Source: Podarcis pityusensis
Lineage: Eukaryota
Strand: one strand, 5' to 3'
Assembly (NCBI GenBank): GCA_964106645.2
Contig: OZ067041.1
Length of the DNA: 64,000 nucleotides
The notes beneath the pieces are model-generated. The model was not told the DNA's origin. It searched no databases and worked only from the letters and a program-made list of their open reading frames with translations. This document shows positions 36,379 through 49,262 of this stretch, piece after piece; position 1 is the stretch's first letter; each line of letters opens with the position of its first letter. The translations under genes and the position numbers were made by a program.

Positions 36379-39300
36379 TATTTACTTGAGTCTAATGCGC
36401 CATCAAATCTAATGTGCACCTCAGTTTTGAAATCCTTGAAACCAAAAAAGGTATTTGCTGGCGAATGTAAATGTGTCATCAAATCTAATGTGCATTGAAT
36501 AATTTTTTTAAGTATTTGATGATATGACATCATTTTGTAAGAGAATCTGGGGGGAAATTGTGCAGGGGAATAGAGTCATTTTATCCTGATGTGTAAAGCA
36601 TTACAGTCTAATCTTAAAAAGCAGCCTAATCTTAAAGTTAAGCATTGGTTTACGCTGTCATAAAATCATGAACTGGTACATGGTTAGACAAGCATCTGAG
36701 GAATCTGACCTTAGGTTTTGCCCTCAGACCTTAGGCTTCGGGGATTTTCTATTTTATAATCATGAGACATGAAAGCAAAAAGGGGAATCTTTCAATAAGA
36801 AGATATTTATTTTAGGTTTCCAGACCCTTGATCATCTTGGTTGCCGTCCTCTGTGCGCTATCCAACCTAATTTTTAGGTGAAAATCTGAAAAAGTGTTAT
36901 TATTTAAAGGTTCACCACAGCTGGGAAAAGTACATCTCTGTTGTGAATGGTACATGTATACTCACCCTGCCTTCTAATTATAACATAGTACACCTGTACA
37001 CACCCAAACTGGATGAAGCACTAACTCCCTTACATGAATCAGAGATCATTTGTATGGCCAATGTGCATCAGTGACAATTCCCTTCCAGCCATTTTTTTTG
37101 GGTCCTTTCCCCATGTGCTTCTCCGAATCTTAAGTCTTCCCTTGATGCTCCTCTGTAACCAATGGGTTGTAGGCCCTCAAGCCAGACAGACTGATTTTTT
37201 GGAGCACCACACTTCACTCCAGTTTCTGGGAAAGTCCCTTGACCTATCTCCTTGAAGCTGTGGAGAAGTTCTCCTGTTTCTCAGGCTTCTCCAGTGCTAC
37301 AGTAAAGCATCCCACCGTCCCGGCAACGTACCCTAGCAATCCTTGCTGTCCCTGCAAGGCAGAGTTTTTCATGCCCACTTCAGGGCACGGAAAATGGTAA
37401 ACTAACATCCTGTAATCATTTGGATTTGCCATATGAGAAAAAATAACACAGTACAGTACTGGTAAATATTAGGGAGGGTGCTTTTTTGTAAAAGAAATTC
37501 CCAGTTACATTTATATTCATTCAGATTACAGTATACTTTAACTAGAAGACTCTGGGACTTCTCAGGAAAAGTTGTAAAGAGAAATGGACATTTACACTGC
37601 AAAAAAACACACCCCAGGTTCTGCATAAGGATTTGGGCTCTTTATAAAGCTCGGCTGCTTTCAGTGATTTTCCATACCACTGAAGTTCAGCTTTACAGTA
37701 AACTTGTCTTTGCTTTTTAAAGCCTTTTCTCAATTTAATTGTGGGAGCTGGTGTTTTGTTTCCCACCAGCAGGATATTTTACGAACGCCAGGACTTGAAT
37801 TATTTATTGGAAGTAAAACCAGAGTTGCACATAAAGCATATAAGGAGAAGGAGGTCCCAGCACCATGGGGTGTTTACAAAGAGCAGGATTAAAGAAAAAA
37901 TGGTCTAAATAAGCCAAGTTGTTGTTGTTGTTTTAAAAAATCTTTCAGCCTTGCCCTTCTCCTACCCAGTTGAATTTGCAACAGACTTGTGAGGCAAAAT
38001 TAATTAGCTCATATGCATTTATTATGTACAAGCACACCATAACTTCTAAGAAATAAGTGCTACTTTTAGTTCGGCCCCCTCATCAAAGCATTGTGATGCA
38101 GATGAAACAGCTATGTGTAAAGAGCAGTCTGGTGGGCACAAGGTTGTATTAGGGTATGATACCATACATGGAAAGTTGTTTCCATTTCCATTGGAAATAA
38201 GCCCCATTAAACGCAGTTAGGCTTATTTTCAAGTAGACATGCATAGGATTGAGCGGTAAAAGAATATAGCAAATTGTCTAAGCGTGGCTCTAGATGGATG
38301 CCTATTGTGTTCTTCATGCATGCAGGTTTTTTCCTGCATCCACATGGCATCATTAGCATTCAGATACCAGCTCATATTTTCCCATTTCATCTGCATTTCC
38401 CTTTCCAGGCAAAATCCGATTAGTAAAAAACACAACTATCTGTTTGAGATAATTGAATGATCCATTTGCATACTAAGTCCTCATCTGGAAGTATTCTGAG
38501 TGCCATTTTTAGGATGTTAAACTAACAGACCTATGTTTTCAGGCATTTATCACCTATGCACACCTGCTTCAATTTCAGTTGTTATTAATACATTTTAATA
38601 CTTTGATTTTGCAAACAATTTTAATTCAGTTAATTGTACTGTAATCATATTAGTAATTAAGAGCAAAAGTTGGTGGAAGAATCCTACGTTGGGTTCTGGA
38701 GTTTTGTAGGTGGTAGGAAAGCTGTTGTGTTTTCTCCACTCCTTAGCAAATGTTCCAGATGGGTTTAAATAAGGAAACTGCAAGGTTGTGCCTTGAGGTG
38801 GAAGACACATTTCTGTGATTATTGGGTCTTACAAACCACCCTGCCCTGGTTGTCTCCACCGACCAAAGCCAGTTGAGCTTCCCTCCCATCAAAATTATTT
38901 TATTAATTTATTGCTGTTCACTTAAGTCTTGAGGCTATTTAAAATTGTACAATAAGAACAACTGTAATAGGTTTTAAAACAATGTGAATGTTAAGATTGC
39001 TTTTTATTTTAAAAAAAACTGTTGGGGCTTTCTTTGTTGCATGCATGTAACATGTAGTTCACCTCTTAGTGGTGTTCAACAATGAACTGTTATATTCAAT
39101 GAGGTAGGGATGACTTGTTGGTATGGGACAGATGTGATTCATAAAGCACTTCAAACAACAGATTTCTGTTTCTTCCTGTGTCTTTCAATCCTGGGGGAAA
39201 CCAACACTACTTTTCTGTTTCCGCCTGCAAGTGGTATTTCCTATTCTGCCAACAGGAAACAACCTTTCAATATGCATGAATTAATTTGTCCTCAGCAGAC

Positions 39301-40917
39301 TAATCCTTAAGGATGGCTTGTTTAAACACATTATGCTAATCTGAGTTATTGTTCTAACTTCATTGGGAGAAAAGCACATTCAGTTTTTTTGTTTAAGACA
39401 GTGGATTCAGATGACTGTTAACCATGTGGGAACTGCTACAATGCCTCTCTATGTGAACATGGGGGTTTAGTAGTTCCTGGTTGCCTGAATCTACCCTCAC
39501 TCCACATTTAACAGTGCAAAAGAAGTTGTGATTTTCAGTGTTTTAAGTTGTAACCAAACTACCTCATTTCAACACAGTGATATGTTGCTTCCTGGCATTT
39601 TTGCAAATGTTAATTTCCATCGTGCAGCTGCCTTGTGAGCATTGCTTGACCTTTGTGTTATCTAGTTAAAACTAATTATTGCTCAGTTTTGCAGGCCTTG
39701 TCAGCTGGCCTGGCCAGCCCATCCCCTTTCCATTAGTTTCCCCCAGGCAACTTTTCACACTGGACATAGAAATATTAATCACTTATTCTCAGGCATAGAA
39801 AACTGGAAGCACTGGGAATGTAAGCTGCCATTGAGTCTTCCACATCAGCAACTCATCTGCTCCTTTTCTGTCAACTGTATCCTGGAGGCTGCTTCTGAGA
39901 GCTACTTTTCTTGTTTGAACTAATGTTTATTGTCATCACCTCAGCAACTTTTCTGGAAAAGGCTATTGAAATCAGGGTGATCCTGTAGTTTGGGCAGTGT
40001 TATTAAATGTAGATATAATGAAGGTTATTGTTGAAAAGAACAAGAGATCTTATAAGTTGACAAGGAAAAGAATATTAGTGTAATGTAGACTTGACATTGG
40101 GATGATAGATTTGGCCTAAAAGTGTTATACTTGAAGAAACGTGTAATTAACAAGAATTCCAAAAAGTGCCTCATGTGACTGAATCCAGCCATCATGTCAG
40201 TGTTCCGCAATGGTCAGAAGCATCATGGGAAAGGGTAGCTAGACCCAGGCACCAGCACTGATTGAAACATTTCCGTTGCAGCTATGTAGGTTGGCCTGCC
40301 AGAGGATAGGTTGTCTGGGGTCCATCAAAGCTAGAGTCCCATTTGGAGATGCTGGGGATTAAACTTGGGACTTTTCGCATGAAGACTATGTGCTCTACCA
40401 CTAAACTAAGAGTCTTCACCACTTTGGATTTTGTTTTGTATGGGCAGGAACCTTTTAAACTGATTTCAGTGCAAAGCTCAACAGCATGAAAGAACAGCGA
40501 GTTCCCTTTTCCATTCTAATAAGCTGGCAGTAATGAACAATGAGCTAATAGATCTCATTTGCAAAGTATGATCATTTCCTTTGCCATAGGACTCTGAAGA
40601 AATAGGCTGCGAAAGAGGAATGGTTATTAGCATAATTCTTTTGCTGCTCATACCACAGATGTAATAATAAACATCAGTAGATGCTTGTGACCTAGAAATC
40701 TGCTTTTAGGTTATGTAAATGCAAATGCTTAGTAATTAAATAATTGAAATCAAGATACAGAAGTCAATTTAAAATAAAAGGATATTTGTTGGATACCTCA
40801 CATTTACTTATTTGTGTAAATTAGAAAAATAACATTCAATATGGTAGGAATTAAGTACTGTAGGTTTTGCTTTTGAGGGTTCTGCTGACCACCAAATGCT
40901 TAGCATTGGATTGCTTA

Positions 40918-41283
40918 AAGGTAAAGGTAAAGGGACCCCTGACCATTAGGTCCAGTCGTGACCGACTCTGGGGTTGCGGCGCTCATCTCGCTTTATTGGC
41001 CGAGGGAGCCGGCGTTTGTCTGCAGACAGCTTCTGGGTCATGTGGCCAGCATGACTAAGCCGCTTCTGGCGAACCAGAGCAGCGCACGGAAACGCTGTTT
41101 ACCTTCCCGCTGGAGCGGTACCTATTTATCTACTTGCACTTTGTGCTTTCGAACTGCTAGGTTGGCAGGAGCTGGGACCGAGCAACGGGAGCTCACCCCG
41201 TCGCAGGGATTCGAACTGCCGACCTTCTGATCGGCAAGTCCTAGGCTCTGTGGTTTAACCCACAGCGCCACCTGGGCCCCAAC
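40918..41283 (-). mobile_element. Full-length Sauria (Squam1) SINE
   Basis: tRNA-derived head (A box ggtggcgctgtggg, B box agttcgaatcc) at the right end; (ACCTTT)n tail at the left; 11-bp TSD tggattgctta at 40907-40917 and 41284-41294; many CpGs retained. Confidence 0.95.
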
Positions 41284-41686
41284 TGGATTGCTTAGAAGTC
41301 ACAAATTCCTCCTTACACAACTGTGTTGGACATAATTAAATTAGTATTGCATTTGGAGGTACAGTAATATTAATATTAATATTAATATTAATAATAATAT
41401 TTATAAATGTACTAGCCACTTTTCACCATAAGGTCCCAGGTAGGAACAACAACTTTAAACACAACATTGAAAATTGTTTAAAGCAAACACCATACATGTA
41501 AGACCGCATCACTGGAGGATTAAGATTATATTCGTATAATTCAGCTCTCACTTTCCCCCCCATCCAGTTCTTTCTTTCTGTGTTTTTTTCGCTTTTTTCA
41601 GGTTAATGTTATGATTGAACAGTTGGAGTTAGGAGCAATAACAAGAATAGTAATAATAACTATGGCTTGTCTTTCTTTCCCATCAG

Positions 41687-41979
41687 GTGGCAGTGAAAGT
41701 TATTGATAAGAAAAGAGCCAAAAAGGACACCTATGTTACCAAGAATCTGAGGCGGGAGGGACAGATCCAGCAGATGATCCGACACCCTTACATTGCTCAG
41801 CTGCTGGATATCTTGGAAACGGAAAACAGCTACTACCTTGTTATGGAGCTGTGCCCAGGGGGCAACTTGATGCACAAAATCTATGAGAAAAAGAGGCTGG
41901 AAGAGCATGAAGCACGCAAATACATCCGGCAGCTTATCTTGGCTGTTGAACACCTACATCGTGCAGGGGTGGTTCACAG
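41687..41979 (+). CDS. HUNK: HUNK exon 2
   Basis: Acceptor ctttctttcccatcag|; VAVKVIDKKRAKKDTYVTKNLRREGQIQQMIRHP...AGVVH(R); donor AG|gtgagc; 293 nt. Confidence 0.97.
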
Positions 41980-43247
41980 GTGAGCTTGCTTATTTATTTA
42001 ACATGAGTGTTCTGCTTTTTGAAGACCATGGCTTCACAGAGATCTTTACAGTATATTCACGGATGCAAATATCATTTAGTAACTATTAAACAAGAGTTTA
42101 ATAAAATCAATCTGTCGTTGCATAAATTAAGCAGTGGCAGTTATAAATAAAACAAGATGGAACTTGTATGTGTAAAGTCTTCCCAAGGGAAATCGTATCA
42201 TTCTTCAGTTCAGAGTTTCAGGTGGTTGGTTAAAATGTACATTTTGCAACAGAACTTTTGTGGACTCCGATTTTAATTTTTTATAATTTGTTGCTAATTC
42301 TTGATACGCCAGTGTTTTTTAAAAAATAAACTCTAGTTAGTTCACTGGTTAATTTTAAGTGTTTTTTTAAATTATATTTTGTTTTAACTATGGGCTGTAA
42401 TCCACTTTGAAAGACTTAATGGCAGAAAAGGCAACCTCAATGGTTAAATTATATACCTATCTTTTCTACTTTGTGTGATTTAGTTGACTGGCACAATATC
42501 CAGCCAGGAGTGTAGAGAGTTGCTTTATAGGCAGGCTCTAAAAGTGTGCAAGCACTATGTGTCACCTATCAATTCAAGCAGTTTGCTATTATTTTAATTA
42601 TAACGGACCCCTTAAAAAGGAGTGCTAAATCCATGTTTTAGAAAGTCACAATTCATTCTTGCTTTAAGTGCAGTTGGCGATGAAGTTATTTTAAATCAGC
42701 TCTAAAAATAACAGCACTTGCACATCTGTGATCTGTAGGTGTTCACATTCTCTCTTTATGATAAACAAGACATGGCTGTTCTTGCGGGATGGAATTTCTT
42801 GCTTCTGTACCTTTTACAATATATACTCATGATCTCTGAGCTTGTTTAACAGAACAGGTAAGGACTTCCACCACCACCAACAAAATCAAATTCATTAGAG
42901 ATATTATTAAGCCGGCTCTATCACAAATTATTTGTCCTTGTGTGGTAAAGTAGGTAAATAATTAGATTGAGGGAGAGGAGTAATTAAATTCAGTCATCTT
43001 ATCAACATGAGTCATGTTACTGAAAATAGTGAATTGTAATTATTGAAGAACCTTAAAACTTTTATGACCTTGAATTCAGCTATAGAAAATTTTACTGTCA
43101 TATGAAAATACTTGGTATTTTAAGGTTAAAAGAAGTGTTCAAGGTATCCAACTCTTCAGCTAAGGAAATAATTATTCTTTTGTCCTGCCTGTCATTTTCA
43201 GTACTTGGCCTAAAAGTGAAACCTCCTTAACCTTGTGAGCTATAGTA

Positions 43248-43653
43248 GCCTGGTTCACATGTCACACTGTAAGCTAAACTGTGGCTTACTGAGACTGCCT
43301 GAACATACTGATTCTCCTTTCTAGTCCTCTTAGTTTTTCGTGTGCTGTGTTAGTTAAGTCGATGCTTGGCTTAGTGTGTCATCCAGACATGGGATTTTGG
43401 TTAAGCTCTCTTCTTAACCATGATATCTAGCCAAGGTTTGTTCTTGGCTGCAGATCATGGTTAAGGAGGAGAGAGTTTTAAGCACAGTCCCACATTCAGA
43501 TGACACACTCAGCCAAATCTTAGCTGCCATGTTGTGTTGAGTTGAAAGAATTGAGGAGGAGCAAAATGGAAGCAGTCTCCTCCCTGGGAGCCAGCACATT
43601 CATGCATTCATGTTAAACCGTGGTTTGACTTAGAATGATGTGTGAACACAGCC
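43248..43653. mobile_element. Long palindromic Harbinger-like MITE
   Basis: Nested inverted arms: ggttcacatg/gtgtgaacac, ttggcttagtgtgtcatc/gatgacacactcagccaa, ttaaccatgat..gccaag/cttggc..atcatggttaa. Confidence 0.7.
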
Positions 43654-44139
43654 TGTGTTCTGTAAACTCTCACTTATGCTACCTAGTAGCCAGTCCACCA
43701 GTATCCAGCAATTTTCTGGGTCGTGAGTTCGTCATTTCAAAGCCGCGGCTTCACATAATATGAATCCTGTTATCTTGTGAGAGAACAAAGAGTTGCCAGT
43801 GGAGTGTAAACTCTTCCTACACTACATGAGCCCACTGCTTCACCTTCCCCTTCCCAACAACTCAAAGGGACAATGGGGCAAACATTACACCAAATTGCTT
43901 TTCTAATTTTCTGTTTTGGGAGTTTTAACAGTGAAGTACAATCAAAGGCTGTAAATCAGAACCCAAAAGGAGGGTTTACCTAGCTAATTCCTAATGTTTG
44001 TCCACAAAATTCAGTCCTCCCTGGGTGTTTATCCCAAAGAGATGACGTGAGGTTACCAATATCTTTAAAAGAAATTCATGGGTTCCTGTCATGTGCAGTT
44101 TGCCACATGGTTTGTTTTTGCTTGGGTTCTGTGTGTTCA

Positions 44140-44397
44140 GTGTGGATAGCTTTGGACAGCTTTAAAAGGGGGATAGGCAGATTGATGGAGGATAAGCAGA
44201 GGCTGCTAGTAGTGATGATTGTGTTCTGTGCCCAGTGTTGGAGATTGAGGGCCTCTGAATATCAGTTGCAGAGCGGGAAGCGTGCTTTTATTGTTCCATT
44301 TGTCAGCTTCCCATAGACATCTGGTTGGCCAATGTGAGAATAGGATGCTGGACTATATGGGCCTTTAGTCAGCTGCAGCAGGGCTTGTTATGTTCTC
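44140..44397 (+). mobile_element. CR1 LINE 3' end (other CR1 tails: 22507-22563 minus, ~52855-53030 minus, ~60700-60787 plus)
   Basis: Encodes DSFKRGIGRLMEDK (CR1 ORF2 end), followed by 3' UTR gatgctggacta...gggcttgttatgttct. Confidence 0.7.
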
Positions 44398-46330
44398 AGA
44401 ATCTGTTTTGGTGCCAAAGCACTAGGCATCCCAGAGTAGCTCCTCTTATTTATTTCTACCCTGCCATTCCTTCTAAAAGAGCCCAGGGCTGCTCCTTTTA
44501 ACACAGTCACCATGCCCAGTCATTTTGTTTGGGAGCTGTTGGCTTCCCTAGGGTCTTCCATCATTAATTGGACTTTAAGGCATGTAAGATGGGTACTGTA
44601 GCCTTCTTCATGCTCTTTTGGATTGCTTGTTGCCAGATTATATTGTAAAAGATGATTCCAGGGCTGTCAGTTTGTGTTTGTCTTGTCCTAGAATGTTTGA
44701 GGAAGCTTGGCTGATTTTCCCTTGACCTAATGAAGTTTGTAATGCCAGATTGAGAACCCCGTTTTAAGAATACTGTATATCCTTTTTACAGCCAAAAGCT
44801 CTTACCAAGCAGTCATTTCTGATGCCTGTCCTGGCTCTGTGGGGTCATTTTGAGAAGGTCTGTAAACTTTGGCCTGCGGTTTGTTCATTGTTGAAGCCAT
44901 AGAAGCATCAATCTCAAATCAGAATTAGATAGCAGTCATTGTCTCTTTGTCTGACAGCAAGAAAACATTCTCAAATGGCAATATATGGGAAGCCTTTTCT
45001 TTTTAGAAGATATTTACAGAGGCATTCATGCTGTCAAAAACAGGATGAGCATTAAGCTTCCTAAGGGAGTAAGAACAACAAAGACAATGAAGTTAAGGCT
45101 TTGGTGCTTGCAATAGCATCCCACAGGAAATTCTCAACAACCCTTTTAAAGTAATTTTAACTAAATTCAATCCTATTCAGTGCAATTACTGTCAGAATGT
45201 CAAAGAAAGGAATTTAATAATGTACCAGTGGCAAAGACAGCTTCCTGTGTATCTGTTTTTTCCACTATTTCTTTCAATGTGGAACTAGATGCATATCACC
45301 TTGAATTTGATTATTAAGCAATGCTTTGGGAGATGTTAAAATACACACATATCTGTATTTTGTGAGCTATAATAGCATATGGATGTAAGAGATCAAAGTC
45401 TGAATGCTGCACCTCCATGCTATCACCTTGGACAAGCCACTATCGCTCCGTCTTCATTTCCTATCTGTAAAAGGGACTAAGAATTACCTTTTCATATATC
45501 ATTCTCTGCATCATAGGTGCTGCCAGACAGCCTCTTCTGTCTGATAATAGCCCAAGTTTCCCGCAGTGGACCATGTAGTGGAAGACTTAGAGGACACACC
45601 AGTTGAGAATGTAGGCAACAACTAGTCATAGGACATTCCTAATTCTTTCAAAATACATCTATTTTGTTATTCACCATGTCACCATACTGTCTGCTTGGGT
45701 CACTCATGGCATTTGGTTAGACCTTGGCGGATAATGTCAAAGATGTCTTTCCTTATAGATTATCATACAGTACAACAATAACGTTCTTTTGTTTGTTTGT
45801 TATGACTTCCAATTCACATGGTTGCCCATAGTCAATAAAGAACTTTCTAATCACCTCTGAAGCATTGCTGAGGTATTTAAACCATCCTGACTCTCACTTC
45901 AAAAATTGTGAGACTTTTTAAAGTTCTGAATCTCAATGAGTGGCTTTTTACAGCTGATGAAGCCTATTTGCAGGTACTCATAGAGAAGAGGGTACAACTT
46001 CAAGTAACTTGCAAATGTCTCTTTTGAAGTTGCCCCCAGTGAGGGCTTTCCTTCCAATGCACATAGCAACTTCAGAAGAGATACTTTCCTTTGGATATCA
46101 CCAGGGGAGGAAAAGGTTAAATTTCCTCATGCATGCCTGGTGGAGTCTTGATAGTATCTTTCTCTCCCCCCCCCCCAGCTGTTGCTATATGCATTTTTTA
46201 AAGTTGATGCATTAAACCTCTACAACATTCAGTTTGGCCTTGCTCCAACAGTGACAGTGGTTACTGAAACTTTGAAAATATCAAAAGCTTGAAGGCCTGT
46301 ATTCTCATTAAACATGTTTGTCTGTTTCAG

Positions 46331-46386
46331 AGATTTGAAGATAGAAAATCTCTTGCTTGATGATGACAACAATATCAAGCTTATTG
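46331..46386 (+). CDS. HUNK: HUNK exon 3
   Basis: Acceptor tctgtttcag|; (R)DLKIENLLLDDDNNIKLI(D), completing the catalytic loop HRDLKIEN; donor G|gtatga; 56 nt; absent from the ORF track. Confidence 0.96.
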
Positions 46387-46726
46387 GTATGAAACTCTTA
46401 TTGCAATTTTGTTGACTGGTATTTTTGTTATAATAAATGTCCCAAAACATTCTGTGTGGCAGTATATAGCAGTGCTTTTTAGAGGAATGTGGCAAAAGAA
46501 GTTGCAATCCTGTGGTCTTCTATGCATATATAATTTTTTTCAATGAGCACTGGTAAGTAGCACACAGCCCCAAATGTGTTACTTGCAAGTAAGACACTTT
46601 AAATTGATTTGATTTCATTTAATTTCACACCTGTATGCTCCTTTTCAACCCCCACCCCAAGTTCAGTAACAAAGCATTGACAAATGAAAACAATACCTAA
46701 AAGCAATATTCAACAAAAATACAATA

Positions 46727-46728
<2 letters not shown>

Positions 46729-46763
<35 letters not shown>
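46729..46763. repeat. (AC)n microsatellite
   Basis: Read directly from the sequence. Confidence 0.95.
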
Positions 46764-46764
<1 letters not shown>

Positions 46765-46765
<1 letters not shown>

Positions 46766-46970
46766 TAGATTTATATGCCACCTTTTCTTCCAAGGAGCTC
46801 AAGGTGGTATACTGGTTCTCCTGCCCATTTCATCCTTACCGCAGCCTTGTGAGGTAGGTTAGGCTAAGAGGTGTTGACTGGTTCAAGGTCACCCAGTGAA
46901 CTTCATGGCTGATTGGGGCTTTGAATCTCAGTCTCCCAGATCATAGTCCAACGCTCCAACCATTATTCCA
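46765..46970 (-). mobile_element. MIR/Ther1-related CORE SINE (related pieces ~27335-27470, ~28583-28720, ~45395-45480, ~61290-61445)
   Basis: ccttgtgaggtaggttagg...caaggtcacccagtgaacttcatggctga...tttgaatc CORE-SINE pattern. Confidence 0.65.
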
Positions 46971-49126
46971 TATGGGCAAAATTACAAAGTACAAATCAAT
47001 CACAATGGATATATGTTAGGAATGTCATTTTACCCTATGACAAGAAACAGAAAAAACATCCATCAAACAACCTCTATCTGTCACCTAGGGTGTACATACT
47101 CCCCTCCTATCTCTCAGTCGGGAGACAGATTCCACCAAGTTTTTACCAGTTGGTGGCTTCAGTAAGCTATACTTCCTCATAAAACTGTGGTAATAAAAGC
47201 CATTTTCACAAGGGATATCAACATTGTTTTTACAAAACAATGGAAAGGTTAAAGCAATATGGGGAAATGCCATTTTTAATATGATTAACAGTCCCTGAAA
47301 ATTAATCAGTTGAAATGGTTGATGCTTGTTTTCATGTGCTTGCATGCACATGTAGTCCTAATAATGTGCATTCTCGGCACCTACTCACTACTTTTGCCAC
47401 AGACAAAGGCAGCATCTGGGCTGTGTTCCTGGAAGCATGGTGTTTTTAAGAACAGGGAATCTAAAATTTGAGCATGCATAATGGCATATCATTGCAAATA
47501 TAGTTGGAGTGTGAACATCCTTCTACCACCATACCATTGCTTTTTAATGTGTGGATTTGAGAGCTTCAGTTCCAAGAAAGTTTTGCCTTTCTGTTTTATT
47601 TGCAAATGGATTTTTTTTCTGGAAGTCCATTACACATAGATGAGTACTAAACTTGTGCTATATTGTGTTACATTTCTGGAAGTGGCTTTTATGTCATGTG
47701 AATGCTCGAATATAATGCAGCAATTAACAATTAGGTAACATTGTGGAAATGAAATACACTGTTGTGTGAACACAGCCTTAGTCTTGCAGCATCAGGCAAA
47801 ACCCCACCCACTCCATATGATTGGCTTACTCATCTGCAGAAATAGAATGTGAAACTGGTTGAGAAGCCTTTTATATTTATATCTAATTTGTCAATGGCCC
47901 ATTGATTCTTCAACTGCCTATCAACTTCATTCAGAGCACTGTTCATCCACATTTTGCAGACACCATAGATTACTCATCTTATTCTACTATCTGTTTATAG
48001 CTCCCATTAATGCTAGTTGTGGGCATTGATAGGAAAATATTCCCCTTAGCAGAACATCTGTTTATGTATTTAATTCTATGCCTACACATTTTCTAGCAGC
48101 AATGAGTCTGGGTGCACAGTAGAAGCCAGATGATGATGATTTCATGAGAGAGGCTTCATCACCTCTGAGGTGATGAAAATTGTTGCCTAAAATGGGACCA
48201 GAAGTAAAAAGCGAACAAGACATTGTGAACTACACAAAGCTCTGTGTGAGACTGTTTCTGAATGTTTAAGGTGTATAAAACCTTTAAGGGAGATATACAC
48301 ACATATGCATACATAGAACTACCAACCATCAAACTGAAAAGTGGCACGTGCTGTGCCCCCATTTCATTGTAAGCCCTGCCCCCCTTTAGGATTGCTTTAG
48401 GATTCTCCCTGAAAATACTATATTGGGGTGCTGCCTTAAACATGGTTTGGGAGTGCATTGTGACCCCTCTGTGCAATCATATATTGCCCCGAATGGGTCT
48501 CTCCCTCTGACCCAGAACCTTGGGAGCCCCAATGACAAAAAAGATTGTTTCATGGTATTGTGTAACCTCACAGTGTGCTCTCAATCCGAAGTACAGGTTT
48601 CAAGTTCCCTTAGCCCTCCTGATGTCCTTAAGAACCCCAGGGCTCCAATGATGGAAATACTATTTTGGCGTGTAAATCCTCTATATGTCTATCACTTCAT
48701 CTTTGATCCTAAGAAATAGGTTTCAAGTCCTTACCATGCATCTGATCAAATCCTCATGATGTTATAGGTAGGGCTATACTCAGTTCTGTAGCATGCAACC
48801 ACACACACTGTTGCAAAGATGCAAGGAGAGCAGGGTTGTACTCTTAAGATTCCAGCCTCTCAAATAGTTCTGCCAGGCAAGGAGAAAGCTATTTTATATG
48901 CATTTACTTAAGACACTTGAGCTCGTACTGTCATCTTTTTTCCATAAGTGTTATTCCAGTTTCCTGACTAAATTTATATTTAAATTTCCCCTAGACTCAA
49001 ATAAAAAGCTCTTAACTAAAAAGGAAGCCTTTAACTGCATAAATGATTGCAGCAAAGTACAAATATTGCGAGGTTGTTGTTTCTCCTGTGCAATGTTGAA
49101 AGCTTTATTTATTTTCTTTTTCACAG

Positions 49127-49262
49127 ACTTTGGCTTGAGCAACTGTGCAAGTATCTTGGGATACTCTGATCCATTCAGCACGCAGTGCGGTAGTCCAGCC
49201 TACGCAGCACCAGAGCTGCTTGCAAGAAAAAAATACGGTCCCAAAATAGATGTTTGGTCCAT
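49127..49262 (+). CDS. HUNK: HUNK exon 4
   Basis: Acceptor ttttctttttcacag|; (D)[44 protein letters not shown](I), containing DFG, activation loop and APE; donor AT|gtgagt; 136 nt. Confidence 0.97.

Noticed and set aside
41190-41283. tRNA-like sequences with A/B boxes (also 50556-50620 and 55226-55300)
   Set aside because: These are SINE heads attached to SINE bodies and LINE-derived tails, not complete tRNA cloverleaves.
48898-49126. ORF-track N-terminal extensions of exon 4 (and similarly 63432-63571 for exon 7)
   Set aside because: Intronic sequence upstream of clear polypyrimidine-AG acceptors; no kinase similarity.
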